Source of the DNA: Camelus dromedarius
Lineage: Eukaryota
Length of the DNA stretch: 64,000 nucleotides
Assembly: GCF_036321535.1 (NCBI RefSeq)
Contig: NC_087437.1
Span: forward strand, 54,624,001 to 54,688,000
Reading direction: 5' to 3'
Below the pieces are notes generated by a model, which was given only the letters and a program-made list of their open reading frames with translations, did not search any database and was not told the DNA's origin. This document shows positions 11,691-24,126 of this stretch, one piece after another. Numbering within the stretch: position 1 is the first letter of the stretch; the number at the start of each line of letters is the position of its first letter. Made by a program: the position numbers and the translations under genes.

Positions 11691-12949
11691 TTTTAACTTG
11701 GTTAACTTTTTCGTCTTTGATCCTTCCCCTCCCCCCCCCCCACATGACTTGGTTTTTAGAATTTATTATTTCAAGAATTTCTCCTTCCTCCTTTCTCTTT
11801 CTTTCTCCATTTTCTCCTATTTGGATTTTATTTATACCTATAATCTTAAAAAATTCACATTACCCCTAGATTTGTTTCCCCCTTTGTTTTTTTAATTTTA
11901 TATCACTTAGCGTATGGCTTTTCTCTATGTGAATTTTCTCAGCTCCTGCCTACATTTCTATTCATATGTTCAGCCTTTTTAATCCTTTTTGTGGAAGACA
12001 CTTCTTCACCCCTCTAGTGGGTTAATTTTGGCTGGGCCACTGCAGGTTACTGAACCACTCACTTAATAGATTTTAGAATCATTTAATTGAACAATGTGTT
12101 TTTTTAAATGAACTGATGAATTCATTTCGGTTAACCTACTTACTAAGCGCGTCTTACCTGACATGTATTGAGCTAAGTGCTACAGGAGTGACAGGAACAC
12201 TGGTAGCATTTGTTCATGCAGCCATTCCATATACATTTTCTTGAGAACCTTCTAAGGACCAGATTCTGGATTTGGGGTTTGAAGTAAAAAACCTGAGTTA
12301 GACAAGGTTTCTCTCTTCAAGACATGCAATCAAGCAAAAGTTACAAAACAGTTGCGGTAGTTTTAGTGATCTAGATGTGAAACTAGGCATTGTGACCATC
12401 TTCAGAAAGGCCTCTTCACCCAACCTTTTTGGGTCACCAAAAGCTTCACAGCATAGGAGATGTTTAATGGCTGAGAAGGAGCTCAGAGTCCACTGGAAAG
12501 ATAAGACCCATACTCGGGTTTAGTTATGTCTGGTTATAAAGCCAGCCTCTAAGTTCCATGCATTACCCTTGACTCCCCTGCCCCCACTCCCCAGAACTGC
12601 ATCCGTGCAACATTTCCCTGTTTTCTGTTTAGGGGCCTTAGAACCAACTTTTGGGACCTAAGTGCTGTATGAGTGCGTATTTCTATTTTCCAAAGTAGGA
12701 CCAATAACACAAATACATAAAAATAATCCCATGATGGTAGGACACATTACAAAGACTTCCTCTATCCATCATTCATTCACCTCTTGTAGAACAGCTTACT
12801 GCCTGTGGGTTTCCTAAGCGAGTGTCTTAAGCACTGTTACCGATAGATATTAGCACAAGAATTAGCACTGAATAATTATGTATTGAGGATTTGCAAAGAA
12901 TTTTTTCTCTCTTTAGTCCTAAGTGATAACTGCTGTGTTGTCTGATTTT

Positions 12950-13160
12950 ATTTAGATCACAAGACCAGCTCTGCCCATAACCAGGTATCAGAGAAAAGTC
13001 CCTGTTCCAGTCTGTGCCTCAGCTTTGTCCCTTGTCAAATGGGAATATTGCTACTATTACTAACAATAAAACCACTTTCGCCTCATTGGAGTGAGGTGGA
13101 GAGTAAAATCACTCGTCCATGTGGAAGCATAATATATGCAATGGATCACAATCGTAAATA
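12950..13160 (+). mobile_element. MIR SINE
   Basis: MIR core tctgtgcctcagctttgtcccttgtcaaatgggaata. Confidence 0.65.
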
Positions 13161-16129
13161 CAAAGTGTCCCTTTCGAGTGACCAGATTGTCAGCTATTTT
13201 GTCAAGCTAAGTTCAGCTTAATTTATTTTTCTTGTTTCTCCAAACTTTCTGAGGTGGCTTCATGCCTTACTTTCTTCCATTTACCCACTAGGGACTGCCG
13301 GCAAGTGCTATATATTCAATAAACATTTATTGATTGATTTTTTTTTTTTTAAGTACTGATCTTCTAAAGTCCAGTGCTGGAAATTTGTGAGCTACTTAAG
13401 ATTTCTGCTTAGGATTCCTAAAGCCTCTGATTTAATTTCTAGATTATAAGTTCCATTGATAGAACCCTTATAAATATCACATGAAGAAGTTGAGCATTAC
13501 CTTTAGGCCAAAGCAATTTACTTTTTAAAAATCTGATTAATTTCAACACAATCAGCCAGGATGTCAGAAGATCTCAGTGCCTTTGATAGATGCTGACAGG
13601 TGAGGAAATTAAAATCAGGGAGGGAAGCAATTAAATACTGGCAAACATTACTTTAACGAGACAACCAAATCGTTCATAAGCCATGGGGTACGTTGTATTC
13701 TTGATAAGTGTCTTGGGTATCAGGTGAGCATGCATTTAAAAATGTTCTTCACACTGTATTTGATGATGGGAGTGAGGGCCGTTCCATGTTTGTCACTTAA
13801 TGCCTTTGGCCTAATCTCACATTTCAATTGCTTTTGGGGTCAGACTACCTAATAATCACGTTTAAGATTAAGACATTATTCAATTTATAAGTGATCCTCT
13901 CACCATCACCTTTATCGATCCATAAAACTTAACAAAATTGCACAGAAGCTAGACAAAATAATTCTTGGCCTTTTCACGGTGGTTTAGGAATAACCATGTT
14001 GACCCACGAAAAGAGAAACAGAAAAATGTATATTTCGTACAACTTCTGATGTAAAAGATTTGGGAATTGTAGTGCTAAAGCCAGAGCCTAGGTTCTCAAT
14101 CCCCATTCCAATGTTCTTTTCAGGATAACACCCCCTTATTCAGAAAGAACATCTGGGGCCACAGGACTGAAGAGTTTGGAAGTTTCTACAAGGCTCTGTC
14201 AGCTGCTCCTTTGTACAGCAGCACTTGTAAAGTGGCAAGCATTAAGGGACATCTGTACGTTGGTCTTAGTGAGTCTCATGCCAGTTGGCTGGGATTTTTG
14301 TTCTTAATGTTAGGATCATCATCCTAGAGTTACGTTGCTTAAAAATTGTCCTGGGATGCCGTGGTCAAATCAAAGGTTACCATGGTTTGTGAAAAACCTA
14401 TTGAAACAGGTCTCTCTGCTCTCTTCATTTCCCGTGTCCGTCCATTCCTTTCTTCTTTTTTCCTTATTCCCCGTCATCTTTCTTTCCATTCTTTCTCTCT
14501 CTTTTTCTTCTTGGCTTCATTTGTTTTTTCCACCCCACCCCCAGTATAGTAGAAATTATCAATTATTTTATACTAGTCCCAGCTAGGTCTAGTGAGTCTT
14601 GCTTTTGCAAAGATTCTAATTAATAGGTTGAAATTTTGTGAATTAGACATTGAACATGCAGTTTTCCTTATTTTTGGTTGAAATTGTTTCTGAAGATGAG
14701 AACATTCTTCTTGGGAAAGGATGGGTGATTGGATAAAGGATGCAGACCTGCCAGGTTCTGGGTCAGCAGTCATAAAATACACAGAGGCTGCCAAAGATAA
14801 CTGGCTTCATTACCGAGACTTTAGAGTGGGATTTGCCAGTCGTCCCAGATGTCTTTCTGGGTTTAGTAGAGACCTCCGTTGCATTGGGAAATAGTCGAGT
14901 TACTAAGGACCTGTGCCACTCCACCATGTGAGAAGAGGCCGGTGAGCTTCTTAGCTGGAAGTTTGCAGCTTTCCTACGGCGTGAGATGAAACTTAACTGA
15001 TGCAGACCCCTTCACGAAAATTCAGTGTACCGCCTTCTGTTTTCTGTGGCTTGTGTTTCGATAGCTTGCCCAAGGAGGTTGCATCTCTGAAACTTCGCTG
15101 GGGAGAGCTGAGAAAGTGTTCATGGTAACCCTGCCTCGAGCACCCCTCAGCTTAGTAATGTGTCACCTTCTGGTTAGACCACAGATGTGAAGTCTCTCTG
15201 CTTTCACTTGCCAGTGAAGCAGGACTCAGTACTAAATGTGCTTTGGGGCCTTGACAATGGACTTCTGTAGGGTATAGCTTCATTTCACCTTTTCCTCCAA
15301 CTAGAGCATCTCCTGCAGTAGAAGGGGCCTTACTTGTTTGGGGGTCGGGGTACAGGGTTAAACTTTTATCTGCTCCATATTAACCATGTGATCTTTGAAG
15401 TTTAGTTTCCTGATTGGTGAAATTGGGGGAATAAGGTTTCATTGGGGTTATGTCAAGGATGATTTGAGATGAAATGGTCATGAGATATTTTTCAAACTGT
15501 AAAGTATAATGTCAAAAGAGGATTAATGTTTTGATGTTTGTGGCATATGAAAAGAACTTCTTGCAGAGTATTCTATCAACCACGCCGTACGCATAATCTG
15601 ATTTCAGTTCTATATGAAAACGGGATATATTAATAAAGCTTCCCAGAGGTCTTTTACTTCTCAGTAAACCTATCTGTATGTTAAAACAAAGCCCTTTGTT
15701 GCTGCAGGCCTGTTGGAGGCTCTGGCTCTCTGAACCTAAGGCACGGTCCAGGCACAAACTTCAGAGCGCCCTGCGGTACACCTGCAGCTCTTTCATCTAA
15801 AGCAGCTTCTCTTGCTCTTCGGGGTTGTGGGGTCATATAATTCTTAAATTTTGAGGCTTTGCCACTTGGAACCGAAGTTCTTTGTGCTGCTGTTAGGTGA
15901 GGCCGTTTAAGATTAACGTGGATAAATAGTGTGATATTTTAAAACTCGTGGCACGAATCAAGGAGATACCCAACCCAGAGATATCCTCTAGCTTTGTGTG
16001 CTTAGAGTGTCATTCTTTGATCATATAAGTGTGGGCTCATAGGAAGATTGTTACCATTTTGTATACCATCCCGTCTGTACCTATAGATGCGAAATAATGG
16101 AGGAAAATCTTCCCAGAAAAGTTTAATTG

Positions 16130-16730
16130 AGGTTTGGCTATGAAGTAGATATTATAAGCTTCTTAACGTATAAGGAAATTGACACTCGGAGTTTAAGTAA
16201 CTTGCCTAAGGAAGACAAGTCTGACTGGCTCTAAATCCCGTGTGTTTTTCCTACTCCCTCATGTCCATCAAATAGCTGGTTTTATTCCATTATTCCCTCC
16301 TCCATTCAGTCTAGTGGATCAAGTCCGTGAGCTGTTCATCCTTGTGTTTTCTCAACCTCGTATCCTAGGAGAGACTGAGGTATAAAGGAAAGACCACTGG
16401 ACGAACAGGAGGAGCCCAGAGAGTCCGAACTCGCACCTGGCCGTGTGCTGCACTGTGCAGTCTTGGGCACATTACCTACCCTGTCTGAACTTCAGTTCTC
16501 ACATCTCTAAATTGAAGGCAATAATACCCGTTTCGCAGGACATTCATGAAGTTAATCAGGAGAGAGAAGTTAGTTCCCTTTTGATCCTCCTTACCCCTCT
16601 GTGAGCTTCTATTTCCTTACCTATGAAGCGAGTAGCATAATCTCTTTCTTCACCAGGTTGTCATGGGGTGAAATGAGACAATGGATATGGAAGTGTTTTG
16701 CAAAACAAGAAACTGCTATGCAGATAAATG
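16130..16730. mobile_element. Cluster of three MIR fragments (one -, two +)
   Basis: taaggaaattgacactcggagtttaagtaacttgcctaagg (-); gtcttgggcacattacctaccctgtctgaacttcagttctcacatctctaaa (+); ctctgtgagcttctatttccttacctatgaa...aaatgagacaatggatatggaagtgttttgcaaa (+). Confidence 0.7.
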
Positions 16731-16799
16731 AGTTTATGATGATCGATGAATAAACAAAGCTTAGAATCGAAGAGTAACTTTTACCTGTTTCATTTTCAG

Positions 16800-16860
16800 A
16801 CTAGCATTGCAGTCTGCTGAACCTCGTGTCCACTACCGTTCCAAGAGCTTGCTCTCCAAG
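16800..16860 (+). other. Candidate 61-nt internal exon
   Basis: Branch-like gtaac, tract ttttacctgtttcattttcAG, donor AAG|GTAAGA; one open frame (LALQSAEPRVHYRSKSLLSK); protein not recognised. Confidence 0.4.
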
Positions 16861-18467
16861 GTAAGAAAGGCTTGGCATAAACACATTTATGAAGTGCAAA
16901 TAGGCATCTTAGCCAATAATGCTTAAGGCTAACTCTACTCCCAACAGAAGAAATACAAAGCTGTTTCATGAGCACCAAAACCTGAAAAATGGCCACAACA
17001 GTGAATATCCCCCCTTTTATGTCTTCTTGATTTAATTTCCCTTTCAATTCCTAGTTTTTTAAGGTTTCATACCAAAAGCACAAACATCTGGCGACACCAA
17101 AGATTCAGACTTAAGTCATATTTAAGTTTCATAATATGCCATGTCCTAGGATGTTCTTGTCTATTGCTGTCTTGTGTCCCCGGCTAGTATGTGGCAGGGG
17201 GCTTTCTCTCCAGTGTCCTGGCCTTTGATTGAGTGTGTTTTTTACTACACTGTGCTGCCAGAGTTACCTGGCTCTGAAGGGGCCAAACTTTACTAGTCAG
17301 GTCGGTTGCTGTCTCTTAACCGCCCTGAAAAACATCTTAAAAAGACATAATCTAAGGCTACAACAACACACAGCTTTTAAGAATACAGAAAAGGAGCTAG
17401 AGTCTTTTGAACCCCAGGACCCATAGCATCTGCACACCACGCTCCTGGGGAACCAGTATAAAGGAATAAGCCTTTGGCAGAAGAATTTATTCTTCATGAG
17501 TTTGTCAAGAAAACAGAGACTAGTTTAAAAAAAAAGTATAATAGTTGTAAAATTTGCAAAATGTGAGTTTTCTTCTTCAGATAACCAGCTGATACCTGTA
17601 CTTCCCAGCTAGCTCTGCTCTGCTCTACATAATCTTCTAGAAGTCATAGCCAAACAGAGGTGAAGTAGTCAGTATGGTGTTTCTAACTGCAGGCCTTGTA
17701 GAATAGCAACTCTGTGGAAGATTTGATACCAACATTTAAAGCACTTTAAACATTTGTTCTGCTGAATATTTATATTATCCCTTTGGTATGTTATTTCCAT
17801 AATCTTCAACATGATTTTACTTACACAGACCTTTGAAAGAATTTAGGTTTGCTGGTCCTGCCCCATTATTTATAGGAGTTAGCAGTTTATAATATGAGTG
17901 GAAATTTTCACGTTACATACAATCGTCAAGGCTGATACTCACCATACACATCAAATAAGAACAGGTCATGTGCAAACAAGGTAGGTGAAGGGACACATGG
18001 ACTGTGAAACGTCCGTATTATTAGATCAGAGCAGCCCCTTGTGTCGTTTAGATTTTATTCTCATTCCTACAGAAGACAAGTCTATTAAAAACAAGACGGT
18101 AGCCACAGATACAGGAATGGCTCCAACTCATCTTTTGGTCCCTCTCCAGTCCATAAAATGTCCCTGGAAAAACTCCTTTCCTGTGTATTCATATATTTTC
18201 ATAGATAAACATATCAAAAAGTATGTACTGTACACGTGTGATATCGTAGGTTTGGGTAGCTCTGTGAGGCAGAGATCTGTTTGTTCATTTGGAAACTGCA
18301 GTCATTATATTAACTTTCCTCCAAATGCCAGTTGTTAAATATCATTAAAATAAATTTTGAAAAGTGGTTAACTGTGTCCTCTTTGCCACTGATACCCATC
18401 TTAAAACTATAAACTGGAGTTTAACCAAGATTTGAAAGGTCATGAAAAATTGCTCTTGAGAATTGCC

Positions 18468-18580
18468 CTTTCTTTCCTTCTTTCTTTCCTTCTTTCTTTC
18501 CTTCTTTCCTTCTTTCCTTCCTTCCTTCCTTCCTTCCTTCCTTCCTTCCTTCCTTCCTTCCTTCCTTCCTTCCTTCCTTT
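18468..18580. repeat. Compound (TTTC)n/(TTCC)n microsatellite
   Basis: Direct reading; ~110 bp of pure pyrimidine. Confidence 0.97.
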
Positions 18581-19254
18581 AGTGTATTTCATGGGGCAAG
18601 AAGGATTAAAAACTCAAATCACCTTTGGAAGACAGAGAAGTAAATATTCTGAGCGCAGGCTACAGAAATTTAAAATACTCTTGTGGTAATAACTGGTATC
18701 AGTGGCAGTAATGAAGAAAGAATAACAGTTTAAATAAATAATTAGGCTTGACAGTACATGTGTCAACAGGTACCCACTTAATGAGTGTGATCATTGTTTT
18801 TCTCGGCTTTCAACGTTGAGCCACTGACTGTGGTGTGTTCCCTGTCCCACTTCCAAACCAAATCTATTTAAAGCTGTACTTTATGGAATCTGAAACTGTA
18901 TACGCTGTTTACTATTTAGAGCTGATACCCGGTGTTCTTGAACGGGGAAGATCTGAACTTGAGCAAGACCAGGCTTCTGGCCTCGGGTAGACCGTTGATT
19001 GTCCCTGTTTTCCATAGGGTGGTTCATTAGCAAGGATGAATAATGCCCAAGTAATTCTTTTGGACTTGTCTATGTGGCTAAAATGAATCGTTTATTATTA
19101 TTTGATGGAAACACTCCTACTCTGCCTTAAATAAGTCAGTTAGTATTTTTTGAGGTGGAGGCAGAGGCTGTAGTTATAAGAGGAATTATTTTCTTGGTTA
19201 CCTCGATCGAATCTCCAGTTTTGCAGAAGTGAAGCAATGTGTTACGTTCTATGA

Positions 19255-19412
19255 ACCAGAAGTCATGAGGATCTAATTCTACTCCCAGCTCTGGCTGTGC
19301 CACCTTGGACAAGTCACTTTCCCTCTCTGGGGTCCATTTTGGCATCTAACTACAGATAGAGTTGGACCTGTTGGTTATGGCATTACTTCTAGTCAAATGT
19401 CCTATAATCTAT
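19255..19412 (+). mobile_element. MIR3/MIRc-like SINE
   Basis: cccagctctggctgtgccaccttggacaagtcactttccctctctggggtccattttggcatct...ctataatctatga tail. Confidence 0.7.
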
Positions 19413-19804
19413 GATTTTACTTCTTGGCCAATCTTTTCTTCCTCCTGCTGCCGTTTCCCCAAAGTCACAGGAGAATCCTGTGACTCTACCACTGAGCCAG
19501 TGTGTGAAAATACTTGGTCTTTTTAGTTTTTTGATTCTTGTACATACCAGGAGGGCAGTTAGTGATTTGAATTATATATACACTATGATTGGACATTTAT
19601 GAATTGATTGGTCCCTACCTCCAGCAACATTCAGTTTCTGGTTAGAAAGGAAAAAAAAAAAATCCATCTTCCTCCATGTTTCTCTGCTCTGTAATCTGGG
19701 TCTCAGTTATAGAAGATCTGGGAAACTTCTCCACTGGTAACACTGAGAGGTTCCTCTTCTATTATTTGACTTTTTCAGGGCTGCGTCGGTGACCTGTAAG
19801 GAGA

Positions 19805-19960
19805 GATCAGAACGTCAAGGGTGGAGGAGACTTTGAGAACCAATCTAGCCAAATCCTTTCATTTCAGAGATGGAGGTTTTGGGGTCAGGGAGGGAATCTG
19901 ATTGGTCTAAGGTTTTAGTGGCAGATCCTGGACTAGAATTCTTTCTGGGGGAGGACTCCA
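19805..19960 (-). mobile_element. MIR3-like SINE
   Basis: gggtggaggagactttgagaaccaatctagccaaatcctttcatttcagagatggagg. Confidence 0.6.
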
Positions 19961-21011
19961 TAGTTGTATTTCTGTTTTAGGAGATAAAGCTCTTCGTGTG
20001 ATGTGTCCTTTCTCTTTCCAGTATTTAAAGGGACATTTTCTTTCAGGCAAAACCAATTCCATTGTCAACACAGGGATGTGAGATGTCCTTGAAACATAGG
20101 TGGAGGTCAAGCATCTTCCTTCACTCTGTGAGGCACAGAATAGAAGATTCTGGCTGCTTTCTGCTCTCTGTGTCTATTAGGAGACTGGATTCCCCTGCGG
20201 TTCTTCCTGTAAGAGATTACTTGACCCTGATATCACTACTGTTTGCTCCACCCGCCTTTTGCCCTTTTCTGATCCAATGAATTATAGGAAGCTAAGGATG
20301 AGTTCCTAGCTGGCTGTGTATTGTGCATAGTTGGGAACATTAATAAAGAGAAGACAGATGCAGGATTAATAAGCAAGAGGATAGGAGAGTAATAGCCAGC
20401 ACAGTGAAATCTAGTTCAAGGCCTGTGGTTCCCAGTCACTGCCCTACACAAGATTAATAGCAGCATCTCTAATTCGTCCAGACCATTTCTCTGCCTCGTT
20501 CTTGTGGGACTACCTGGGCCTGAGAAGCAACTGGAATGAACTTTGCAAAAACCAAACTAATATTTTCATGAGATTTCCAAGTTCAGAGAAGAGAGTAGTA
20601 ATTATCTGTCAGTTAGAAGATAACTTAGAGGCCAGTGGGTCTAAATACTTACCTTATACCTCATAATGCTGACATACAGAGTATGGGAATCATTTTACTG
20701 AGTCTCAGGTTCATATCCTACTTAATTTGCAGTGACTTTGGTGAAGACAGGACCTTCCTCTGAACCTCAGTTTCTCCATCTATGAGATGGGAGGAGGAGG
20801 GGGAGTGTGGTAAGATCCTGTAGCAACTTTGTAGCCAGGCTGAGTCTTGAGTTCAGAGCCGCTCTCTCTGGTTTGGAGTGTTCATCATGAGAACTTCCAC
20901 TGACCATGCTTTCTCAACTGCATGCTTGTAACTTTCAGCCTTGTTTTATTAAATAAACTTTTTCTCTCTCTGCTGACAATTCCCTTTCTGTCATGGGACT
21001 TGCCTAAGGGC

Positions 21012-21210
21012 CAGTAGTTTTTAATCTCTATGTGTGTATATATATGTGTGTGTTCAGTGGTAGGGGAGAAGATTATGGAATATTTGGAAATTCAGATGAA
21101 TCTATGAAATAGTTGGAAAATGCACATCTGCATAAGACGTTGTCTGTAATTTCATGAGATTTGTCAACCCTCTGAAGGCCGTACATAAGTTCTAGGTTAA
21201 ACAAAAGATG
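21012..21210. mobile_element. MER103-like hAT-Charlie MITE
   Basis: cagtagtttttaatct...ggaaattcagatgaatctatg...aaatgcacat...taatttcatgagatttgtcaaccctctgaaggcc...aggttaa. Confidence 0.55.
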
Positions 21211-21439
21211 TTTTTCAATGTGGGAAGTCTGAGATGACATTTGGGTAACATAATTTCCTTTGCTGTTGGATTTCTCACAGTTCACCCATTGTTCTGCTTG
21301 GAGTGTCAGACTCATTTATGAGCGTGACTCTGGACATTTATATGTTTCAAATTGTTGAATGATGTTTTCATATTGAAGCTTATTCTTCTTGTTTCACTCA
21401 CTCACTCACTCACACAAATGTACTTTTGCCCAGAATCTG

Positions 21440-21610
21440 CTAAATGCTGTATATTTTAATGCATCGTTTAATTTAATCTCCTAAAATAAGAAATTATTTT
21501 TTCCTGCTTTTCATATGTGGAAACTGAGCTCCAAGACAGTGAGTAATCTGCCTGAAGTCCTACAGAAAATAAATGGCAAAGTCTGGGTTCAAATCGAGAT
21601 TTGCTTCAGT
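21440..21610 (-). mobile_element. MIR SINE
   Basis: ttttcatatgtggaaactgagctccaagacagtgagtaatctgcctgaagtcctacagaaaataaatggcaaagtctgggttcaaatc. Confidence 0.75.
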
Positions 21611-22379
21611 ATATGTGAGTACCTCCAGAGATAACACTGAATATGAATAGGGACAATGAAACAGTTCTGTAAACTGTAGAGATTCCTGGTAGAAGATGGT
21701 CAGTGGGTCCTCAAGGAGTACAGTGAATATGTGCTATGGGCGTTCAGAGGGACAGGATCACATATCCTGAATCATTTATATGATAATTCATTAATTAAAC
21801 ACTCTTCTGGTACCTTACGGCAGACTAAGAAAACTTGCGCAGTTGTGTAAACTGCATTATAACAAACTCATATTTTTCCTTTTCTTTTAAATTTGTTAGG
21901 TTAGCGGTCTTGGTTTCTCCATTTTTGTAAGTGAGCAGAGGAGGAGGCAGAGTGGTTCGGGCCATGGAGCTCTGGTCATACTGCAAGTTATCAACTGAAT
22001 TGGAATTTCAATGCTTTGGGGAATCCGTTTGTTGTTTTCTCCCTGTGATATTGAGCGTGGGATTTTTACCAGAGAGAGACTTCTGGCCATGCACAGATCA
22101 GCACAAGTGCAGATGTGAGCAGCTAGAATTTGGATCATGCCAAGATGTAATGACTGCCATGTGTGAAGCTAATACTCAGGGCTTGGTGACCCACTGTGAG
22201 TCTATGTGGGAGCCGGGAGAGTGAAAGCTGGTGGGAGACAAGGAAGAGGCCTTGGAGATTGTCAGGTCAGCACTTCCAGAAGGGAAGATGGAGCCCCAGG
22301 AAGGGGTAGCAGTGGGTTTATAGTAGATCCAGAACCAGAATTCATACCAGCAGTCTACAGCAATAGTGCCTCAAATTTT

Positions 22380-22600
22380 GGCTCATCCTTACACTCGATA
22401 GGCAGATATACCTGGGTTGGGAACCCAGCATTATTAGCTATGTGAGGTTGGATGCATTACTTGATTTCCTTGGGTCTCAGTTTTGTTGTCTGTAAAATGG
22501 AGATCACACCCTCTTGGCAGGACTGTTGTGAGGATAAGTGAAATACCATTGTGCTGCACAACACGCAGAAGTATTATTGTCAATATGATTAATAATCCTC
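22380..22600 (+). mobile_element. MIR SINE
   Basis: acctgggttgggaacccagc...tagctatgtgaggttggatgcattacttgatttccttgggtctcagttttgttgtctgtaaaatggagat...gttgtgaggataagtga. Confidence 0.8.
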
Positions 22601-22680
22601 GTCATAGCCCCACGAGATGGGCACGCATGTCCTGGTTTTACAGCTTCTACCTCCTCCCTTCATCTTGATATTTTTTAGGT

Positions 22681-22848
22681 CCTTGCTTCTCCGAGTTTGG
22701 TTTGAAGACCAGGAGCACCAGCATCACTTGGGAGCTTGTGAGAAATGCAGACCATACTCAGGTCATGCTCCAGACCTCCTGATCAGAATCTGCATTTTAA
22801 TAAGATCCCCAGGTAGTTCCTCTGCTCATTAGAGTTTGAGAAGCATTG
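22681..22848. mobile_element. MER5A hAT-Charlie MITE, near full length
   Basis: gaccaggagcaccagcatcacttgggagcttgtgagaaatgcaga...ccagacctcctgatcagaatctgcattttaataagatccccaggt...agtttgagaagcattg; degenerate flanks ttttaggt/tttttcgt. Confidence 0.88.
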
Positions 22849-24126
22849 TTTTTCGTCCTGGACCAGAGACCAACTTCGAGACTGTTGACCGTGGCCTGTG
22901 GATCATGACTGGCTCCATGCCAGCATTCCGGAGCATGCCTTCCCCGAGCCTTGAGAGACAGGAGGGAGCCCTGTGAAGTCACTCCCTGACGATAATGGAA
23001 GGCAGGTCGAAGGAATCCAGCAGGCTTTATCTTTTCAACGCCCTTCATTTCCTCAGAAGTACTATTCAACAGGGGTCAAAGTGGGATTGCATCCCAAGTC
23101 TTCAGGCTCCCAAAGTCCATGTTCTTTTCATTACACCATGATGTCTCAGTCAAGAGGAATGCTGGGCTGTGTGTGCGATAACTCTTCATTCCCCGTAGTG
23201 CAAGTATTTCCACACTGGCTGTTTCACTCTATTACTCAATTCCTAGAGGGGAAGAATTAAAAAAAAAAATTTTTTTTTTTAAAAGCTTGAGTTGAAAGCC
23301 AGGATCCTGCAGCTTAATCAGTTATTTTCGTTTTTTAATGAGGGAGACTATTGTGAAATAAGTAATTATTAATTACTCAAGCTAATGAAATATTTTAGTT
23401 TCCTTGCTAAAAAAGCATATGGAAGCTAAAAGAAAGCATATGGGTGTTTTTCGGGAAGCATATTGGTGAATGGACAAATTACAGTGGTGCCAATATGCCT
23501 TTGCTGTCTGGCTGGGGCCATCGCTGTGTGTGCTGGCATCTGAGTCCTTGTGTGTTTAAAGGGATTATTTCAAATTCCCATCTGATGTGTGCCTTGGGTT
23601 GCCTCTGGAGTTACACAGCTCTGCCTCATAAATCTTACTGCCATGCTTTCACTCCGACATCACTAGGGGAGAGTCACTCAGTATAAAGCCTTTGCTGTAG
23701 GTGTCTGCCATGCTCTTCCTTTCCAGGTGCTTCCCTCCCTCTGCAGTAGACCAAGTGGACCTGCCCAGCCGATGGCTAGGTATTGAGACTTTATCTGTCT
23801 GACAGTTTGCCACAGCATCCTTTTAGACCGTAGAACTGGACCTCCTCGCTCCACTGGGCACTGTGTGTGAGAACCCAGGCCCCTCATGGGGTGTCTGCAC
23901 TGCAGATTTATCCCTATAAAGCTGGAATGATGCTCCCAGTGCTTCTCAGCCCACTGGCATGGCTCTTCATGCAGTTCGTAGTCCACGCCCTTTGTTCCTC
24001 CTCTCCTTTTCTGTATGTCTTTTCTCCTTTGCTGCATGTTTACTCCATCTGGTAAACAGCTTGATGGAGGTGGGCTGCTCTGGGGATCGCATACATCCAG
24101 GCTTGTGACGGTCAGAGGCAGCATGA

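Noticed and set aside
18432..18689. ORF with LSFL/PSFL repeats
   Set aside because: Translation of the (TTTC)/(TTCC) microsatellite
19779..19795. 17-nt micro-exon (tttttcAG...CCT|GTAAGG)
   Set aside because: Weak exonic side of the donor, non-symmetric length, abuts a MIR; not distinguishable from chance
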